10,391 nt of DNA from Candidatus Krumholzibacteriia bacterium (GTDB lineage Bacteria; Krumholzibacteriota; Krumholzibacteriia; LZORAL124-64-63): assembly GCA_036351155.1 (NCBI GenBank), contig JAZBOO010000067.1:1-10391 (forward strand), written 5' to 3'. The notes under the pieces are model-generated. The model had not been told where the DNA came from and made no database searches. It saw only the letters and a list, made by a program, of their open reading frames with translations. The stretch's first letter is position 1. Every line of letters starts with the position of its first letter. The translations under genes and the position numbers were made by a program. Positions 6,635 through 10,391 of the stretch are shown in pieces.

Positions 6635-7873
6635 ATGGCCGACATTCGTCCCTTCCGCGCTTTCCGGCCGGCACGCGACCGTTCACAGCTGGTGGCCAGC
6701 CCGCCTTATGATGTCCTGAATTCCGAAGAGGCCAAGACCATGGCTCAGGACAATCCTTACAGCTTCCTTCACGTCACCAAGGCCGAAATCGATCTGGATC
6801 CTGCCGATGCCAAGGACAACGAGAAAGTCTACGCCCGCAGTGCCGCCAACTGGCAGGCCATGGTGAACGACGGCGTCGTGATCCAGGACAGCGCCCCTGC
6901 CCTGTACATCTACCGCCTGACCATGAACGGTCACCAGCAGTTCGGTCTGGCCGCCGGTTGCAGCGTGGACGAGTACGTCGACGGCCGCATCAAGAAGCAC
7001 GAGTTCACCCGCCGCGACAAGGAAGACGATCGGGCGCGGCACATGGAAGTGCTGGGCGTCAACGCCGGCCCCGTGCTGTTCACCTACCGCACCGACCCCA
7101 CGGTCAAGGGCATCATCGCCCGTTTGTCCGCCGGGACTCCCGACGTCGACTTCACCTCCGACGACGGCATTGGCCACACCATCTGGGTGGTCAACAACTC
7201 CGCCGACATCGAGGCACTGCAGGATGCCTTCGCGAAGATCGACGCCCTGTACGTGGCCGATGGTCATCACAGGTCGGCCAGCGCCCATCGGGTGCGCGAC
7301 ATCTTCCGCGACCGGAACCCCCAGCACACCGGCGATGAAGCCTACAACCACTTCCTGGCCGTCATGTTCCCCGAGGACGAGCTGAAGCTGATGGGCTACC
7401 ACCGCGTCGTGGCCGATCTGAACGGTCTGAGTGCCGAGGACTTCCTGGCCAAGGTCCAGGACATCTTCGAGGTGAGCGAGACCAACAAGCCGGAACCGGA
7501 AAATCACCGGGAATGGGGCATGTATCTGGCTGGCAAGTGGTACCGCATCTGCGCCCGACCCGGCACCTTCCCCGCCGATGATCCGGTCAAGGGCCTGGAC
7601 GCCGCCATTCTGCAGGAACTGTTGCTGGACCCGGTGCTGGGCATTGGCGATCCGCGCAAGGATCCCCGCATCGATTTCGTGGGCGGCAGCCGAGGCGCCA
7701 AGGAACTGGAGCGCCGTTGCCAGACCGACATGACCGTGGCCTTTGCCTTTGCTCCGGCCAGTGTGGGACAGATCATGTCCGTGGCTGACGCCGATGCCGT
7801 CATGCCCCCCAAGTCCACCTGGTTTGAGCCGAAACTGCGCAGCGGCCTTCTGGTCCGCAGCCTGACTGATTGA
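6635..7873 (+). CDS. DUF1015 family protein (ParB/Srx-like DGHHR motif)
   Basis: Start ATG 6635 after GGAGGA; the track's GTG 6581 extension is unlikely. Family motifs IRPFRAFRP, SPPYDV, IKKHEFTRRDKEDDR, LYVADGHHRSASA, RIDFVGG and MPPKSTWFEPKLRSGL. Located next to serA/serC, as is usual for this family. Confidence 0.9.
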   Translation: MADIRPFRAFRPARDRSQLVASPPYDVLNSEEAKTMAQDNPYSFLHVTKAEIDLDPADAKDNEKVYARSAANWQAMVNDGVVIQDSAPALYIYRLTMNGHQQFGLAAGCSVDEYVDGRIKKHEFTRRDKEDDRARHMEVLGVNAGPVLFTYRTDPTVKGIIARLSAGTPDVDFTSDDGIGHTIWVVNNSADIEALQDAFAKIDALYVADGHHRSASAHRVRDIFRDRNPQHTGDEAYNHFLAVMFPEDELKLMGYHRVVADLNGLSAEDFLAKVQDIFEVSETNKPEPENHREWGMYLAGKWYRICARPGTFPADDPVKGLDAAILQELLLDPVLGIGDPRKDPRIDFVGGSRGAKELERRCQTDMTVAFAFAPASVGQIMSVADADAVMPPKSTWFEPKLRSGLLVRSLTD

Positions 7874-7924
7874 TAGACTACTGAAACGCGACTGAAAAAC
7901 GACCATGAACCGAGGAGGCACGAT

Positions 7925-8809
7925 ATGCTCATCCTGATTTCCGACGCCTTTGACCCCTCGCTGGAGGGCAAGCTGGCCGAGTTCGGAGAAGTGACCACCG
8001 ACAAGAGCCGTCAGCACGAAGCTGACGTGGTCCTGATCCGGAGCAAGACCACCTGCGACAAGGAATACATCGAGAACGCCCCCAACCTGAAGCTGATCCT
8101 GCGGGGCGGCGTCGGGACCGACAACATCGACAAGGTCTGCTGTGCCGAGAAGGGCATCGTGGTGCACAACACCCCCAACGCCCCCAGCATTGCCGTGGCC
8201 GAGCTGGCCTTCGCCATGATGCTGGCCATTCCCAACCACATCGTCAAGGCCAACGAGAGCATGCGCATGGGCCAGTGGTTGAAGAAGGAACTGAAGCGCA
8301 CCGAACTGCACGGCAAGACCCTGGGCCTGGTGGGCATCGGCCACATCGCCCAGGCCGTGGCCGAGCGCGCCAAGGCCTTCGGCATGCACGTCATCGCCTA
8401 CGACAAGTACGTGGACAGCTCCCGTCTGGCCGTCATGAAGAACAGTCTCGAGGAAATGGTGGCCGAGGCGGATTACATCAGCCTGCACGTGCCCCTGACC
8501 GATGAGACCATGCACATGATCAACAAGGACCTCATCGCCAAGATGAAGGACGGCGTGATCATCATCAACACCGGCCGCGGCCGGACCATCAACTCGGAAG
8601 ACGTCATCGAGGCGCTGAACAGCGGCAAGATCGCGGCCTATGCCACCGACGTGTGGCCCAAGGATCCGCCGCCGGCCGACTACCCCCTGCTCAAGGCCCC
8701 CAACGTGTTCATGAGCCCGCACCTGGGCGCCAGCAGCAACGAGAACCTGCTGCGCATCGGTGACGAGATCTGCGACCGGATCCGCGACTTCATCGGAGGT
8801 AAGAAATGA
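7925..8809 (+). CDS. serA: D-3-phosphoglycerate dehydrogenase, short form without ACT domain
   Basis: D-2-hydroxyacid dehydrogenase motifs RGGVGTDNID, NTPNA...AVAE, ELHGKTLGLVGIGHIA, ISLHVPLT, INTGRG and SPHLGAS. SD GAGGAGG. Translationally coupled to serC through an ATGA overlap. Confidence 0.85.
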   Translation: MLILISDAFDPSLEGKLAEFGEVTTDKSRQHEADVVLIRSKTTCDKEYIENAPNLKLILRGGVGTDNIDKVCCAEKGIVVHNTPNAPSIAVAELAFAMMLAIPNHIVKANESMRMGQWLKKELKRTELHGKTLGLVGIGHIAQAVAERAKAFGMHVIAYDKYVDSSRLAVMKNSLEEMVAEADYISLHVPLTDETMHMINKDLIAKMKDGVIIINTGRGRTINSEDVIEALNSGKIAAYATDVWPKDPPPADYPLLKAPNVFMSPHLGASSNENLLRIGDEICDRIRDFIGGKK

Positions 8810-9891
8810 ACCGCATCTTCAACTTTTCGGCCGGCCCCTGCACCCTGCCCGTGCCGGCCCTCGAGGAAGCCCACGCCGAGTTCCTGGACTATCAGGGCAA
8901 GGGCATGTCCATCATCGAGATGAGTCACCGCAGCAAGGAATACGATGCGGTGCAGATGGAAGCCATGGCCCTGGTGAAGCGCCTGTACGGCCTGCCGGAC
9001 AACTACAAGGTGCTGTTCCTGGGCGGCGGCGCCACCCTGCAGTTCGCCATGGTGCCCATGAACCTGATGACCAAGGACCAGAGCTGCGACCTGACCTTGA
9101 CCGGTGCCTGGGCCAAGAAGGCCATGGCCGATGCCAAGAAAATTGGCGGCGTGAACGTGATCTACGACGGCAGCGACAATAACTTCATGTCCCTGCCTGC
9201 TGTGTCCAGCCTGAAATTCAACCCGGATGCCGCCTACGTGCACGTGACCAGCAACGAGACCATCGGCGGCGTGCAGTGGCCCGACTTCCCCGACACCGGC
9301 GATGTGCCCCTGGTCTGCGACATGAGCAGCGACTTCGTCAGCCGCAAGGTGCCCGTGGAGAAGTTCGGTCTGATCTATGCCGGCGCCCAGAAGAATGCCG
9401 GACCGGCCGGGACCAGCATCGTCATCATTCGTGAAGACCTGCTGGAACGCAGCAGCGACGATCTGCCGGCCTACCTCAGCTACGCCACCCACGCGCCCAA
9501 GGACAGCATGTACAACACGCCTCCCGTGTTCCCCATCTACATGCTGATGAAGACCTTGAGCTGGCTGGAAAAGCTGGGTGGACTGGATGCGGCCACCGAG
9601 ATGGCCAACCAGCGTGCCAAGCTGATCTACGGGGCCATGGAAGCCGACAGCGGTTTCTACAACTGCCCGGTGGACGCCGGTTGCCGGTCGAACATGAACA
9701 TCGTGTTCCGTCTGCCCAGCGAGGACCTGGAAAAGCAGTTCGTGGCCGAGGCCCTCGAGGCCGGCATGAGCGGCTTGAAGGGTCACCGCAGCGTGGGTGG
9801 TTGCCGGGCTTCGGTGTACAACGCCATGCCCATCGAAGGCGCCAAGACCCTGGCCGACTTCATGGGTGAGTTCGCGCGCAAGAACGGCTGA
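8806..9891 (+). CDS. serC: Phosphoserine aminotransferase
   Basis: FNFSAGP, EMSHRS, LFLGGGATLQF, SNETIGG, DMSS, YAGAQKNAGPAG (PLP lysine), MYNTPP and GHRSVGGCRASVYNA. SD GGAGGT. Confidence 0.97.
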   Translation: MNRIFNFSAGPCTLPVPALEEAHAEFLDYQGKGMSIIEMSHRSKEYDAVQMEAMALVKRLYGLPDNYKVLFLGGGATLQFAMVPMNLMTKDQSCDLTLTGAWAKKAMADAKKIGGVNVIYDGSDNNFMSLPAVSSLKFNPDAAYVHVTSNETIGGVQWPDFPDTGDVPLVCDMSSDFVSRKVPVEKFGLIYAGAQKNAGPAGTSIVIIREDLLERSSDDLPAYLSYATHAPKDSMYNTPPVFPIYMLMKTLSWLEKLGGLDAATEMANQRAKLIYGAMEADSGFYNCPVDAGCRSNMNIVFRLPSEDLEKQFVAEALEAGMSGLKGHRSVGGCRASVYNAMPIEGAKTLADFMGEFARKNG

Positions 9892-9920
9892 TCGACGGCG
9901 GTCAGTACTCCGTTTGACAG

Positions 9921-9957
9921 AAGGCCGGTCTGCTCCCGCAGGCCGGCCTTGCTTCTT
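9921..9957 (+). terminator. Intrinsic terminator of the serine operon
   Basis: AAGGCCGGTCTGC-TCCC-GCAGGCCGGCCTT, a 13-bp stem with one G-U pair, followed by GCTTCTT (imperfect U-tract). Confidence 0.75.
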
Positions 9958-9976
9958 GAGAAACCCACGCTACAAT
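9949..9976 (+). promoter_or_regulatory. Candidate sigma70 promoter for the ArsC-family gene
   Basis: TTGCTT(9949-9954)-N16-TACAAT(9971-9976), about 40 nt upstream of ATG 10018. The -35 element overlaps the 3' end of the terminator stem. Confidence 0.55.
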
Positions 9977-10017
9977 GAGCGCTTCAACCATTTCACCCAC
10001 CCACGGAGGTCCACGAC

Positions 10018-10365
10018 ATGGCCAAGAAGGTCGACTGGTACTATCACCGCAACGGCTGAATGACCTGCACGCGCTCGCAGGGGTTCCTTGCGGATCATGA
10101 CATCGCGGTCAAAGAACAGATTCCCGCCAGCCGCAAGCTGGGCGCCGATCAGGCCCGGGAGCTGGCCGCAGCCGCCAGCAAGATCATCGTGATGAGAGGC
10201 AAGAAGGTGACCGTCTTCGACCTGAAGAAGGACAAGCCGGCCGAGGAAGAACTGCTGAAGCACATGCTGGGAGCGACGGGCAATCTGCGCTCGCCCACCA
10301 TCGTCCGGGGCAAAACGGTTCTGGTGGGGTTCAATCCCGACCAGTACGAGGCTGTCCTGGGTTAA
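10018..10365 (+). CDS. ArsC/Spx-family thioredoxin-fold selenoprotein (UGA 10057-10059 = Sec14, UxxC motif), 115 aa
   Basis: Strong SD GGAGGT (10005-10010) lies 7 nt before ATG 10018. The frame reads MAKKVDWYYHRNG-[TGA]-MTCTRSQGFL... in phase with the track's 10060..10365 ORF. The TGA falls on the first Cys position of the family CxxC. The C-terminal NLRSPTIVRGKTVLVGF matches the ArsC/Spx (L.RP.I..G...VGF) pattern. A SECIS-like stem follows. Confidence 0.85.
10060..10098 (+). other. Bacterial SECIS-like stem-loop
   Basis: Upper stem TCGCAGG(10075-10081)/CTTGCGG(10087-10093), including G-U pairs, with an apical loop beginning with G (GGUUC, or GUU) about 22 nt after the UGA. A lower helix ATGA(10060-63)/TCAT(10095-98) is possible. 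This geometry fits the general bacterial SECIS model. Confidence 0.65.
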
Positions 10366-10382
10366 TTGCTGGGGGGCAGCAA
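10366..10382 (+). terminator. Small hairpin after the selenoprotein gene
   Basis: TTGCTG-GGGGG-CAGCAA immediately after the TAA. Only 6 bp, no U-tract, and close to the window edge. Confidence 0.25.
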
Positions 10383-10391
10383 CCGCACCGC

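Noticed and set aside
6683..8722. 679-aa antisense ORF, and similar ones at 851..2026, 8680..9786, 2226..3158 and 4868..5626
   Set aside because: Shadow ORFs opposite well-supported genes. Strong G/C third-position bias removes stops on the antisense frame, and they show no recognisable motifs.
9883..10059. Repeat AACGGCTGA at the serC stop (9883-9891) and at the Sec codon (10051-10059); possible read-through of the serC stop
   Set aside because: A 9-bp match is compatible with chance. SerC is full length at its TGA and is followed by a terminator, not by conserved coding sequence.
10060..10365. 101-aa ORF starting at ATG 10060 as the true gene
   Set aside because: It has no SD and lacks the first strand and first redox residue of the ArsC fold. 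The SD-led ATG 10018 with UGA recoding explains the sequence better.
1..10391. CRISPR array, tRNA/rRNA, IS element or integrase
   Set aside because: No regularly spaced repeats, cloverleaf, terminal inverted repeats or transposase/integrase motifs were seen. tRNA-Sec was not found in this window either.

Overview
GC-rich bacterial chromosomal segment. Two proteins carry FlgD-Ig/T9SS-type C-terminal domains, which suggests an FCB-superphylum organism (inference). Gene order: 3' part of a secreted protein with a FlgD-Ig/T9SS-type tail (+); terminator; thyX (+); then on the minus strand a 7-heme multiheme cytochrome c with signal peptide and FlgD-Ig/T9SS-type tail, an exported TPR+GNAT-like protein, a YcaQ/AlkZ-family DNA glycosylase and an outer-membrane beta-barrel; then a divergent DUF1015-serA-serC operon with no serB; and finally an ArsC/Spx-family gene. 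The ORF track truncates this last gene, which reads best as a selenoprotein (in-frame UGA in a UxxC motif followed by a bacterial SECIS-like hairpin). The most interesting signals are the hidden selenoprotein, the sorting-domain-tagged multiheme cytochrome under a Fur-like operator, DUF1015 as a possible SerB substitute, and an A/T-rich synonymous-codon patch exactly over the ThyX catalytic motif. No rRNA, tRNA, CRISPR or mobile element was recognised. All calls come from reading motifs by eye; no database searches were run.
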